Of a stretch of DNA of 64,000 nucleotides, positions 55,901 through 63,105 are shown in pieces. The notes under the pieces are model-generated. The model was not told the origin of the DNA. It made no database searches and was given only the letters and a program-made list of their open reading frames with translations. A program made the position numbers and the translations under genes. Numbering within the stretch: the first letter of the stretch is position 1; the number at the start of each line of letters is the position of its first letter. The DNA comes from Eubacteriales bacterium (GTDB lineage Bacteria > Bacillota > Clostridia > Oscillospirales > CAG-272): assembly GCA_045580085.1 (NCBI GenBank), contig JAZNND010000018.1, positions 1,783-65,782 of the forward strand, written 5' to 3'.

Positions 55901-56613
55901 TCCTTCCCACCTTGGAGGGCTCCGCGCGCATCGGAAGCGAGAGCGTTTCGGTCGACATTGCCGTGAAGGAAAAGGACGCGGAGCGTTATGCTTTGGGGCT
56001 TCTCATGCCTTCGGGCGGACAGTCAGCCGCCGCCGCCGTCACCAAGATGATGACGTTAGAGCGCGCGGGGTGGAGCCTTTTACCTCTTTCTCCCACCTAT
56101 TTTCTGGCGCGTCATGCGCAGTTTGCGACACAGCTCAAAAAGAGCTTGCAAGCCGAAAAGACGGAAAAAAAGGAAAGCGAGGTTTCCTTTTTGACCTGCC
56201 GCGCACCCAAAGAGCTTTTTGTGCCCGCTATGTTGGAGGACTTCCTCTTTTCCGATAAACCCATCGATGACGCCGCCGTCTTGAAGCTTCCGCTTAAGGA
56301 GATTTACACCCGCGTGTTGCGGGAGAATTTGATCTCGATGGAGGAACATGAGCTTGCCGCTTTGGTGCGCCGCGGCGACAAGGAGGCACTTCTCGCCTCT
56401 TTCGTGCGTTACGTGCCTTATTACATTAAGCAAGGCAGCTTGCAAAAGATAGTCAGCGGTGTCAACAGCCTTTACGTGGCAAGCAAGGAATACCGCGCAG
56501 GGCTTCTTTTGGCGGTGCTTTTGCGCAACGGTCCTAACGCCGAGGAACCCATCACCAAGCGCATCATACAAGACCTGATTGCCGAAGCCAAGGACCTTGG
56601 GCTCGGCTATTAA
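52954..56613 (+). CDS. Large SF1B (Upf1/DNA2-like, AAA_11/AAA_12) helicase, 1219 aa
   Basis: Walker A SAPAGTGKSQT, Walker B VMTVDEASQM, FGDEKQL, SLDNAQGKEADFVFIS and motif VI RLNVLFTRAAYR. About 330-aa N-terminal and about 300-aa C-terminal regions are unassigned. Confidence 0.8.
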   Translation: MTVRDYILSQVKKTRDTMRSDSFSDLCGLTVALRGKTVSSVLSILSSSLKAAVELVDPALVTSGAADYGAGEIVSAAHAFCADDPVVWVDGKIFFATEDGSYCTPDEYHYLKENTLVERAVFGASRHPIYGLAATFKRLIRAASEAQADKAKEILYLTVGSAQWTDKKKSTKTRIHKSLAPLFTMHIEPAGKGTLAFRATAAGVFFRINTVFRRDLIGQYEADIYEGIPDEPLSPEALLSALEQVCRRAEELLGDRIRMDKDALFLTLLDSQYEAICQKIEANIDALAASPLACLLAGEKSGFRAQEPQDGLSVIYPLTADESQRAVIGASLSGKSVFASAPAGTGKSQTAVNIAANTVLRGGNVFVLSEKLAANDVFLHYSERIGLSPFCLSVDNKMSIDSLIRAVERVAALPSRYVKSDTAKLAVDAYHRSCAAYERLNAKLYFPIEELGGVSLYDLIALSSSSPALSHTEGLFAGKEQYESALSLLSELEEGLLSQMTDAEFDAYFSTGESGDGELDMLLGHLCQRMLEKGINCKELFANNRLSRQNAVPSVRAEMARAQALSYTEMWGLSDTGERCVRKIFRELLENALKMEQLYADLLTQTLSLRAKQAPTAKLLSLLSDAKKAKIPVGEFFKQNAEALREVFPVIVSTPMPAVNYLHGTGLDRFTVMTVDEASQMPIVAVLPFLDRVERLVVFGDEKQLAIINTFAKAEKTVSTDYDERVAAAKNSVLDAVRGKESEEGFFAGALRYHYRSKTEMLVHVSNERCYNGSLQVVPDVATSRRYLAPYMGLSLIEVADRAHPPVLLRDGENVTEAQAIVRDVGEMKRQYPERSVGIITLNEKQQNLILDRLEEAHLEPSADLWVRSLDNAQGKEADFVFISIAHAERKDNGELRLAVSTFNREGGENRLNVLFTRAAYRAAVYISFDHKELLKSDNPRIRLLYEYLHYAKEGELNERPSLSLPSADEALVSAVSGMVSSLLPTLEGSARIGSESVSVDIAVKEKDAERYALGLLMPSGGQSAAAAVTKMMTLERAGWSLLPLSPTYFLARHAQFATQLKKSLQAEKTEKKESEVSFLTCRAPKELFVPAMLEDFLFSDKPIDDAAVLKLPLKEIYTRVLRENLISMEEHELAALVRRGDKEALLASFVRYVPYYIKQGSLQKIVSGVNSLYVASKEYRAGLLLAVLLRNGPNAEEPITKRIIQDLIAEAKDLGLGY

Positions 56614-56628
56614 AGAAAGGAGTTGCTT

Positions 56629-57960
56629 ATGTTATCGTTACATGAATCCGATGCTGCGCGCGCCGAACGCAATTATATTTTGCCCGAGGGCACGCGTGTG
56701 GCGGGAACGGGCGGCTCCTTTTATACCGTGCGCTCTCTTTTGAGCAACGACACGGGGCAAGCCAATGTCTACACCGTTGAAAAGGACGGAGAGACTTATG
56801 TTTTGAAGCTTTTCTTCCGCAAGGGGGAGGAGGAGAATCGCGCGATTCTCTCCCAAATTGCCATATTGATGCGCCGCGGCGAGGCGAGCGATGCTTTTGT
56901 TACGCCTTTGGAGACTGTGGAGCATGAGGGAAGAGTCGGATATGTGATGGAATACGTCGGAGAAGAGTACATCGATGGCATCTTCTTGATCAACGGCATC
57001 GGCGGCGATATTCAAAATCAAGTGCCCTTTGCCGTTAAGCTGACGGTTTTGTACGGACTTTCCGAGGCGGTGAGTGCTTTGTTTAACGCCGGGCTTGCCT
57101 TGATGGATCTCAAACCCGAAAATGTGAAATTCAATCCCTATACGGGTGCTGTGAAGATTCTCGACACCGACACCATCGTTGCCAGCGGTTCTAGGGGCTT
57201 TGTGTTTGGCACGCCGGGGTATATGCCTCCCGCCGTGATGCGCGGCGAGGAGGAGCCTGACCGATATGCCGATTGCTATGCTTTGGCGGTGATTATCTTT
57301 TTGACGCTTTTCCGTTTTCATCCCTTGGAGGGCAAGGCGGACGAAAAAGAGCTTGACTCGGACCGCTATGAATATTTGTACGCCACGCATCCCGTGTATG
57401 TTTTTCATCCGAGCGATTTTTCCAACCGACCGACCGACGCGTGCGCCATGTATGAAAGGCGGTATTTGCGCTATCCCACCTTTTTTACCGACGGTTTTTT
57501 ACGTACCTTTGTGTATGGGCTTTCGGAGAGAAAGGAGGAACGCACCACCCCCGAGGAATGGTGCGGACTGATCGAAAGGCTTTACGAAGCCTCCTTTCTG
57601 TGCACGGTGTGCGCAGAGGAGCAGTTTATCGAGAGAGAGGATACGGTTTTTTGCGAGGTGTGCGGAGAGCCTTTGGTCAAGCCTCTTCTTTTGGAAGGGG
57701 ATAAGGCGGTGCCTTTATATCTCGAAAGTGAGATCAAGGAGAGCGATCTTTGCTTTGCCCCTTTGACCGACCGCACGCTTTTCCGCGTGGTTAAGACCGA
57801 GTACAGCGGAAAGTTCGGGCTTATGACACTGCATTCGGCCTTGCGCCTCTTATTCGATGACGGCAAAATCGTTTCCTTTGAAAAAGGAACGGTGGCACCC
57901 TTGTTTTTGGGGGTGCGCTACCTCTTTGAGGATAAAGAATTGATATTGCGACAGATATAG
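56629..57960 (+). CDS. Ser/Thr protein kinase (non-RD) with C-terminal Zn-ribbon and beta-rich domain
   Basis: ATG 56629 lies 6 nt after AAAGGAG. GTGGSFYTV loop, YVLKLF Lys, catalytic loop MDLKPENV, ILDTDT, GTPGYMPP. CTVC-x14-CEVC ribbon. Confidence 0.8.
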   Translation: MLSLHESDAARAERNYILPEGTRVAGTGGSFYTVRSLLSNDTGQANVYTVEKDGETYVLKLFFRKGEEENRAILSQIAILMRRGEASDAFVTPLETVEHEGRVGYVMEYVGEEYIDGIFLINGIGGDIQNQVPFAVKLTVLYGLSEAVSALFNAGLALMDLKPENVKFNPYTGAVKILDTDTIVASGSRGFVFGTPGYMPPAVMRGEEEPDRYADCYALAVIIFLTLFRFHPLEGKADEKELDSDRYEYLYATHPVYVFHPSDFSNRPTDACAMYERRYLRYPTFFTDGFLRTFVYGLSERKEERTTPEEWCGLIERLYEASFLCTVCAEEQFIEREDTVFCEVCGEPLVKPLLLEGDKAVPLYLESEIKESDLCFAPLTDRTLFRVVKTEYSGKFGLMTLHSALRLLFDDGKIVSFEKGTVAPLFLGVRYLFEDKELILRQI

Positions 57961-57978
57961 AAAGTGAGGAAATGAATC

Positions 57979-59007
57979 ATGAAAACCTTTGTGACACGCG
58001 GCTCAACCGTTACCCGTCCGAGAGAAAACGTCAGACGGGAAAGTGAGGTCAGAAAACCGCTTTATTTTGCCTTCATCGTTGACACCTCGGGCAGCATGGG
58101 AGACCGTGTGCAGGTGGCAAGCGAGAAAGCGGGCAGTTATGAAACCACCAAAATCGCCGAGCTCAACGAAGGCTTGACGAAAGCAATTGAGAGCTTGCGC
58201 GAATTTGAGACCAAAAACAGCCAGTTCAAGGTGTATTTTGAGGTCATCGAGCTCAATTCCTACGGCAAAGCGCTTTTTCCCGAGGGCTTCATTCCCCTTG
58301 CCGACCGCGATGTGAGCGTGGAGCTTACCGCAAAAGGTGCGACCTGCCTTGAAAACTCGCTCAATACCTTGATGAAATATCTGACGCCAAACTACATGCC
58401 GGGGTGCAACCGCGCGGTCAACGTGATTTTGATGTCCGACGGTCAGCCCACCGATGTGGACGGCTATTTCCTCACACCCGAGCAATACACCGACACCCTC
58501 AAAAAGTTCAAGAATTACCTCGCACAAAAGAACCTCAAACGCAATGTGGATCTTTATTCCATCGGTGTCAGCGGTGCATGCGAGGAAATGTTGACGCTTT
58601 TCGCGGACGAGGGAAAATATTATAAGGTAGAAAAAAGCGACTCTTTGGCGAGCTGGATCGATCATGTGACGCGTGTCAGCTTCAAGCGTTCCTCCGCGCC
58701 CGAAGGACTCTTCCGTCCGTACGGCGGCGCGGCATCGGCAACGCCGAGTGCGGTTCGTTCCATCCCCTCGGCACCTGCTCCGCAGCCTGCCGCACCTTCC
58801 GCTTCCGGCATTAAAAAGACGGTGGATCTTACCCGTTGCGCCAAGGGAGAATGCCTTGCTTGCATGGATGCCTGCCCGAAACACGCCATTTGCTACGCCA
58901 ACGGCTTGGTGGCGGTGGATGAATCGCTTTGCGACGGATGCGATGTCTGTCTTTCCTCTTGCGCACAAGGCGCGATTGTGGATATCGCGGCGCTTCCGTT
59001 CGGTTGA
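57979..59007 (+). CDS. von Willebrand factor A (vWA) domain protein fused to a 2x[4Fe-4S] ferredoxin-type domain
   Basis: MIDAS motif FIVDTSGSMGD and ILMSDGQPTD. C-terminus CAKGECLACMDACP...CDGCDVCLSSC. A Pro/Ala-rich linker lies between the two domains. Confidence 0.8.
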   Translation: MKTFVTRGSTVTRPRENVRRESEVRKPLYFAFIVDTSGSMGDRVQVASEKAGSYETTKIAELNEGLTKAIESLREFETKNSQFKVYFEVIELNSYGKALFPEGFIPLADRDVSVELTAKGATCLENSLNTLMKYLTPNYMPGCNRAVNVILMSDGQPTDVDGYFLTPEQYTDTLKKFKNYLAQKNLKRNVDLYSIGVSGACEEMLTLFADEGKYYKVEKSDSLASWIDHVTRVSFKRSSAPEGLFRPYGGAASATPSAVRSIPSAPAPQPAAPSASGIKKTVDLTRCAKGECLACMDACPKHAICYANGLVAVDESLCDGCDVCLSSCAQGAIVDIAALPFG

Positions 59008-59042
59008 TTTGGGGCTTTTGCACAGAAAGGAATCTTAGATTT

Positions 59043-59969
59043 ATGGAACATATCACCGTAAACGCTTTGAAGGTCACGGGCTTTCGTAAAAAAGAGACGG
59101 GAGGCGGATGCGAGGATGCCTTGAAGGTTCTTCCGTTTTCGAAAGGGCAGATTCTTGCCGCCGCCGACGGGCATGGAGACTTGCGCTGTAAATACGCGTC
59201 TGTCGGGGCGGCGTTGGCGTGCGAAAGTGCTGTGAGGGTGCTTGCTTCCTATGCCGCACGGCTGGGGCGTCGCTCCCCGTCGGAATTTTGGAATGAGAAC
59301 CGAAATGCCATCGCGAAAGAGATTATGCTTTCCTTCCGCCATGCCGTTTTGGATGATTTTACCGCGCGATACCCCGATTACGCTTCCGAAAAAGAACGCT
59401 TGCACGGGCTCATCGATGCCTCTTTTGAGAGGGAAAAGGTGGTTCTCGGCGCGGAAAACGCCGAAAGGGAAGCCAAGCGCGCCGATAGAGACCGTTTATC
59501 CAAAATCGTTTTTCTCTACGGCACCACGCTCAGAGCTTCGGTTTTGAGCGAAGGCTATGTTTTTAATCTCGCCGTCGGAGACGGCGATACCGTGGCACTC
59601 CTTGCAAACGGCGAAGCGGTTTGGCTGATTCCCAAGGGCGAAGCCTTTGATACCCGTACGGAATCCATGTGCGAAGAGCCGCGTACGCTCCTTGAATGTT
59701 TTTATTTTTCCTTTTTGCCTTTAAAGAGCCGCAAGAAAACGGAGGACTCTTTTGACTTATGCACCCTCGTGCTTTGCACCGATGGGTTGCGCAATTCCTT
59801 TTTCTCGGATACGGGCTATACCGATTTCCTCTTTTCGGCATCGAAAAGGCTTAAGGAACGGGGCAAGAGCTACACGCGCACCTTGAGACGGCGTTTGGAG
59901 ACTCTGACGCGTAACAGCTGTTATGGGGACGACATCACTCTTTTGATGGCTTATAAGGAAGAAATGTAA
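59043..59969 (+). CDS. PP2C-family Ser/Thr phosphatase
   Basis: ATG 59043 (the listed ORF starts at 58929). AADGHGD, LVLCTDGL and YGDDITLLM motifs. Confidence 0.75.
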   Translation: MEHITVNALKVTGFRKKETGGGCEDALKVLPFSKGQILAAADGHGDLRCKYASVGAALACESAVRVLASYAARLGRRSPSEFWNENRNAIAKEIMLSFRHAVLDDFTARYPDYASEKERLHGLIDASFEREKVVLGAENAEREAKRADRDRLSKIVFLYGTTLRASVLSEGYVFNLAVGDGDTVALLANGEAVWLIPKGEAFDTRTESMCEEPRTLLECFYFSFLPLKSRKKTEDSFDLCTLVLCTDGLRNSFFSDTGYTDFLFSASKRLKERGKSYTRTLRRRLETLTRNSCYGDDITLLMAYKEEM

Positions 59970-60001
59970 ACAAATATGTGCAAAACGCGTGAAAATGACT
60001 C

Positions 60002-60030
60002 TTGCACTTTTGATTTTCCTGTGGTACAAT
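60002..60030 (+). promoter_or_regulatory. Promoter TTGCAC-17-TACAAT (extended -10 TGG) at the right border of the island
   Basis: TTGCAC 60002-60007. TACAAT 60025-60030, preceded by TGTGG. Confidence 0.55.
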
Positions 60031-60060
60031 AGAGATATCAAACCGAAAGGAATTTTCAAA

Positions 60061-60450
60061 ATGTCAAGAAGCCGTTTTTCACGCGTTTTTGCTTTTTTGC
60101 TTGGCGCGGTGTTGCTTTTTTCGCTTTTTTCCTGCGCGCCCGATTATACGGCAGATGCAAGGATTGGTACTTATACCGACGAAAGCGGAGCTTATACCCT
60201 CGTTTTCCGTGCCGACGGAACGGGAATGGCGAGCCATAGCTCGGTGAACGGATTCGAGAATCAAGAAGAATTTGTGTTTGAGATCAACGGAGACGCGCTT
60301 GAGGTGCTCGGTAAGAGCGAGGGCGGCGGCGTTTTGGGCAGAAATGAGTACAGAGCGACCTTTGCCGAAGAAAACGGCGTTTTCACCTTCACCCTCAAAA
60401 ATGCCGACAGCGGCAATCTTTTCGGCGTTTTTTATCAAAAGGGAAACTGA
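60061..60450 (+). CDS. Small lipoprotein
   Basis: MSRSRFSRVFAFLLGAVLLFSLFSCAPD has lipobox LFSC. Confidence 0.6.
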   Translation: MSRSRFSRVFAFLLGAVLLFSLFSCAPDYTADARIGTYTDESGAYTLVFRADGTGMASHSSVNGFENQEEFVFEINGDALEVLGKSEGGGVLGRNEYRATFAEENGVFTFTLKNADSGNLFGVFYQKGN

Positions 60451-60451
60451 T

Positions 60452-60946
60452 ATGCAAAACACCACGCTTTGTTATTTGGAAAAAGACGGGTGCTTTCTGA
60501 TGCTCCACCGCGTCAAAAAAGAGGGAGATATGAACCGCGATAAATGGATCGGTGTCGGCGGTCATTTCGAGGAGGGGGAAAGCCCTTATGATTGCGTCAT
60601 CCGTGAGGTGTTTGAAGAGACGGGGCTTGCCCTCGCCCAAGCGGAATATCGCGCGGTTATCACCTTCGTTTCTGACATGTGGGAGAGCGAGCAGATGCAT
60701 CTTTTTACCTCGCGCGCCTTTGTGGGAGATATGACGGTTTGCGACGAGGGAGAACTTTGCTGGGTAAAGAAAGAGGATATCCCCGCTTTGCCGTTATGGG
60801 AGGGAGACAAGATTTTTCTTTCTCTTTTGGAAACGAGCCGTTCCTTCTTCTCCTTGAAACTTTCCTATCGCGGCGACGATCTTGTCGGCGCGGTACTGGA
60901 CGGTGTGCCGCTTTTAAGGCGTGCGGATGGGAGTTTTGAGATATGA
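60452..60946 (+). CDS. NUDIX hydrolase (MutT-like)
   Basis: Nudix box GGHFEEGESPYDCVIREVFEETGL. Confidence 0.85.
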   Translation: MQNTTLCYLEKDGCFLMLHRVKKEGDMNRDKWIGVGGHFEEGESPYDCVIREVFEETGLALAQAEYRAVITFVSDMWESEQMHLFTSRAFVGDMTVCDEGELCWVKKEDIPALPLWEGDKIFLSLLETSRSFFSLKLSYRGDDLVGAVLDGVPLLRRADGSFEI

Positions 60947-61374
60947 TATTTTTGGTCAGTGCTTGCCTTCTCGGCTGTGCCTGCCGTTATGACGGAAAAA
61001 GCAAGCCCGATGAGAGGGTGCTCTCGCTCTTAGCGTCGCATACCTTGATTCCCGTTTGCCCCGAGGTGCTCGGCGGACTTCCGACACCGCGCCTTGCGTC
61101 CGAGCGCGTGGGTGAGCGTGTTGTGCGCGCCGATGGCGCGGATGTGACCGCGTGTTATGAAAAAGGCGCGCGCGAGGTTTTGCGTCTTGCGCGTTTATAC
61201 GGGGCGGCGGGGGCGATTCTCAAAGCCAAAAGCCCCGCTTGCGGATCGGGCAAAATTTACGACGGCACGTTCAGCCGCACATTGACGGACGGTGACGGTG
61301 TTCTTGCCGCACTGCTAAAGCAGAACGGCATTCTTGTGATATGTGAGAACGATATAGGAAAGGAATTCATTTAG
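60943..61374 (+). CDS. DUF523-family protein (2-thiouracil desulfurase-like)
   Basis: N-terminus VSACLLGCACRYDG and a later KSPACGS segment are typical of DUF523. Confidence 0.65.
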   Translation: MIFLVSACLLGCACRYDGKSKPDERVLSLLASHTLIPVCPEVLGGLPTPRLASERVGERVVRADGADVTACYEKGAREVLRLARLYGAAGAILKAKSPACGSGKIYDGTFSRTLTDGDGVLAALLKQNGILVICENDIGKEFI

Positions 61375-61375
61375 T

Positions 61376-61843
61376 ATGGAAAAAATCGCAAGCTTTACCA
61401 TTGATCATACCCGACTTTTACCGGGGCTTTACGTTTCGCGCACCGATGAAAGAGACGGGGTGGGGGTGACAACCTTTGATCTGCGCTTTTCCGCCCCCGG
61501 CAGAGAGCCTGTGATGGATATGCCCGCCATTCATACCGTGGAGCATTTGGGCGCGACCTATTTGCGCAACAGCGAAAGAAAAGAGGACATCGTGTATTTC
61601 GGCCCCATGGGGTGCAGAACCGGCTTTTATCTGTTGCTTTTCGGCAGACATACTTCGAAAGAAGTTTTGCCGCTTGTGCTTTCGATGTGCGATTTTATTT
61701 TGGGCTTTGAGGGTGAGATTCCCGGTGCCACAGCTGTGGAGTGCGGCAACTACAGCGAACAGAATCTTTCTATGGCAAAGTATTATATTCGCCGCTACCG
61801 CGAGGCACTTTTGCGTTCGCCGTCGCTTGTTTATCCCGATTGA
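61376..61843 (+). CDS. luxS: S-ribosylhomocysteine lyase LuxS
   Basis: FTIDHTRL, HTVEHL metal motif and GPMGCRTGFY. Confidence 0.92.
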   Translation: MEKIASFTIDHTRLLPGLYVSRTDERDGVGVTTFDLRFSAPGREPVMDMPAIHTVEHLGATYLRNSERKEDIVYFGPMGCRTGFYLLLFGRHTSKEVLPLVLSMCDFILGFEGEIPGATAVECGNYSEQNLSMAKYYIRRYREALLRSPSLVYPD

Positions 61844-61868
61844 TTTATAAGTAGGAGAAAATAATAAA

Positions 61869-62846
61869 ATGAAAAAGAAACTTTTGCTTGTTTTGTTTGC
61901 TGTTTTGTTGATGGGTGCTTTGCTTTTGCTTTCGGCTTGTGAGAAGCCTGAAAAACCGGCTGACGGAGAAGAAGAGTCTGCCCTCGTTCCCACGGAAGGG
62001 CTCTATTACGAACTGAACGAAGCCGGAACGGCATATAGCCTCAAAGGCATCGGTATTGCCACCGATACCGATATTGTGGTTCCCTCGGAGTATGAAGGAA
62101 AACCGGTAACGGAGATTGCCGCGGGCGCTTTCCGGGAGAATGAAACCGTCACTTCGCTGACGATTTCCAACGGCATTGCCAAGATTGGCACGAATGCCTT
62201 TTCGCGCTGTCCGAATCTTACCTCTGTTTCCTTCCCGAAAACCTTGACTTCGATCGGTAACGGTGTTTGGGGAGCGTTTTACGGTTGCCCGAAGCTCACG
62301 TCCATTACGGTAGAGGAGGGAAATCCCGTTTACTGTTCGGACGGTAAGTGCGTGATTCACAGAGAGAACAAAGAGCTGGTGCTTTGCGCTGTCGGCGCGC
62401 AGATTCCCACGGATGGCAGTGTAACGCGCCTTGGCAACCATGTTTTTGCTTACCGCGACGATATCACCGCGCTTGATTTACCCGCCGTGATTACCAAAAT
62501 CGGATATTATTCTTACGAAGGATGCAAGAATTTAAAAGAGATCGTCATTCCCTCCACGGTGGAAGAGATCGGCATGTATGCGTTCTCAAGGTGCACGGGG
62601 CTTGAGACAGTAAGGGTGAGCGAGGGTGTAACAAGCATCGGCGACGGTGCCTTCGAAAGTTGTACCTCCCTTACGGCGGCATATTTACCCAAAGGTATTT
62701 ATTATTTGTGCTCGGGGGTTTTTAATAATGTCGAAAACGCCACGATTTATTTGGCGGAACAAGAGAAACCGACCGAAGGCATTTGGTCGGTTTGGAACCC
62801 CGAAAATCTGCCCGTCGTTTGGGGATATACCGAGACGGAAGAGTAA
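61869..62846 (+). CDS. Lipoprotein with BspA-type leucine-rich repeats (paralogue of 39188-39814)
   Basis: Lipobox LSAC. Repeats of the type AF..C..LTS..IP..V..IG..AF. Confidence 0.7.
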   Translation: MKKKLLLVLFAVLLMGALLLLSACEKPEKPADGEEESALVPTEGLYYELNEAGTAYSLKGIGIATDTDIVVPSEYEGKPVTEIAAGAFRENETVTSLTISNGIAKIGTNAFSRCPNLTSVSFPKTLTSIGNGVWGAFYGCPKLTSITVEEGNPVYCSDGKCVIHRENKELVLCAVGAQIPTDGSVTRLGNHVFAYRDDITALDLPAVITKIGYYSYEGCKNLKEIVIPSTVEEIGMYAFSRCTGLETVRVSEGVTSIGDGAFESCTSLTAAYLPKGIYYLCSGVFNNVENATIYLAEQEKPTEGIWSVWNPENLPVVWGYTETEE

Positions 62847-62883
62847 GCGGTTTTCCCCTATCGCCTTATTTTCTGTTCGGGGG

Positions 62884-62912
62884 TTGACAAATTCAAAAAA
62901 CTGTGATATACT
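62884..62912 (+). promoter_or_regulatory. Promoter TTGACA-17-TATACT
   Basis: TTGACA 62884-62889. TATACT 62907-62912. Confidence 0.6.
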
Positions 62913-62955
62913 GTAGTAACTATATTCGGAAAGCCGAATAAATTTTGGAGGAGTC

Positions 62956-63033
62956 ATGGACGACGGCGCGGACGGGGACACTTGTCTTTGTTTCCCATGC
63001 AACATAGAATACACAGCCCGAACCACACGTTAA
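62956..63033 (+). CDS. Candidate 25-aa leader peptide MDDGADGDTCLCFPCNIEYTARTTR
   Basis: GGAGG lies 5 nt upstream of ATG 62956. The stop TAA 63031-63033 sits in the loop of the following terminator hairpin. Confidence 0.4.
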   Translation: MDDGADGDTCLCFPCNIEYTARTTR

Positions 63034-63055
63034 AAGGTGTGGTTGGGGCTTTTTT
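63021..63055 (+). terminator. Rho-independent terminator / attenuator upstream of the CNNM gene
   Basis: AACCACAC (63021-63028) pairs with GTGTGGTT (63037-63044), followed by GGGGC and T6. Confidence 0.7.
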
Positions 63056-63105
63056 GCCGTTTTCCTAACACCCTCACATAAACGAAAGGAAAAAACATAA
63101 ATCTC

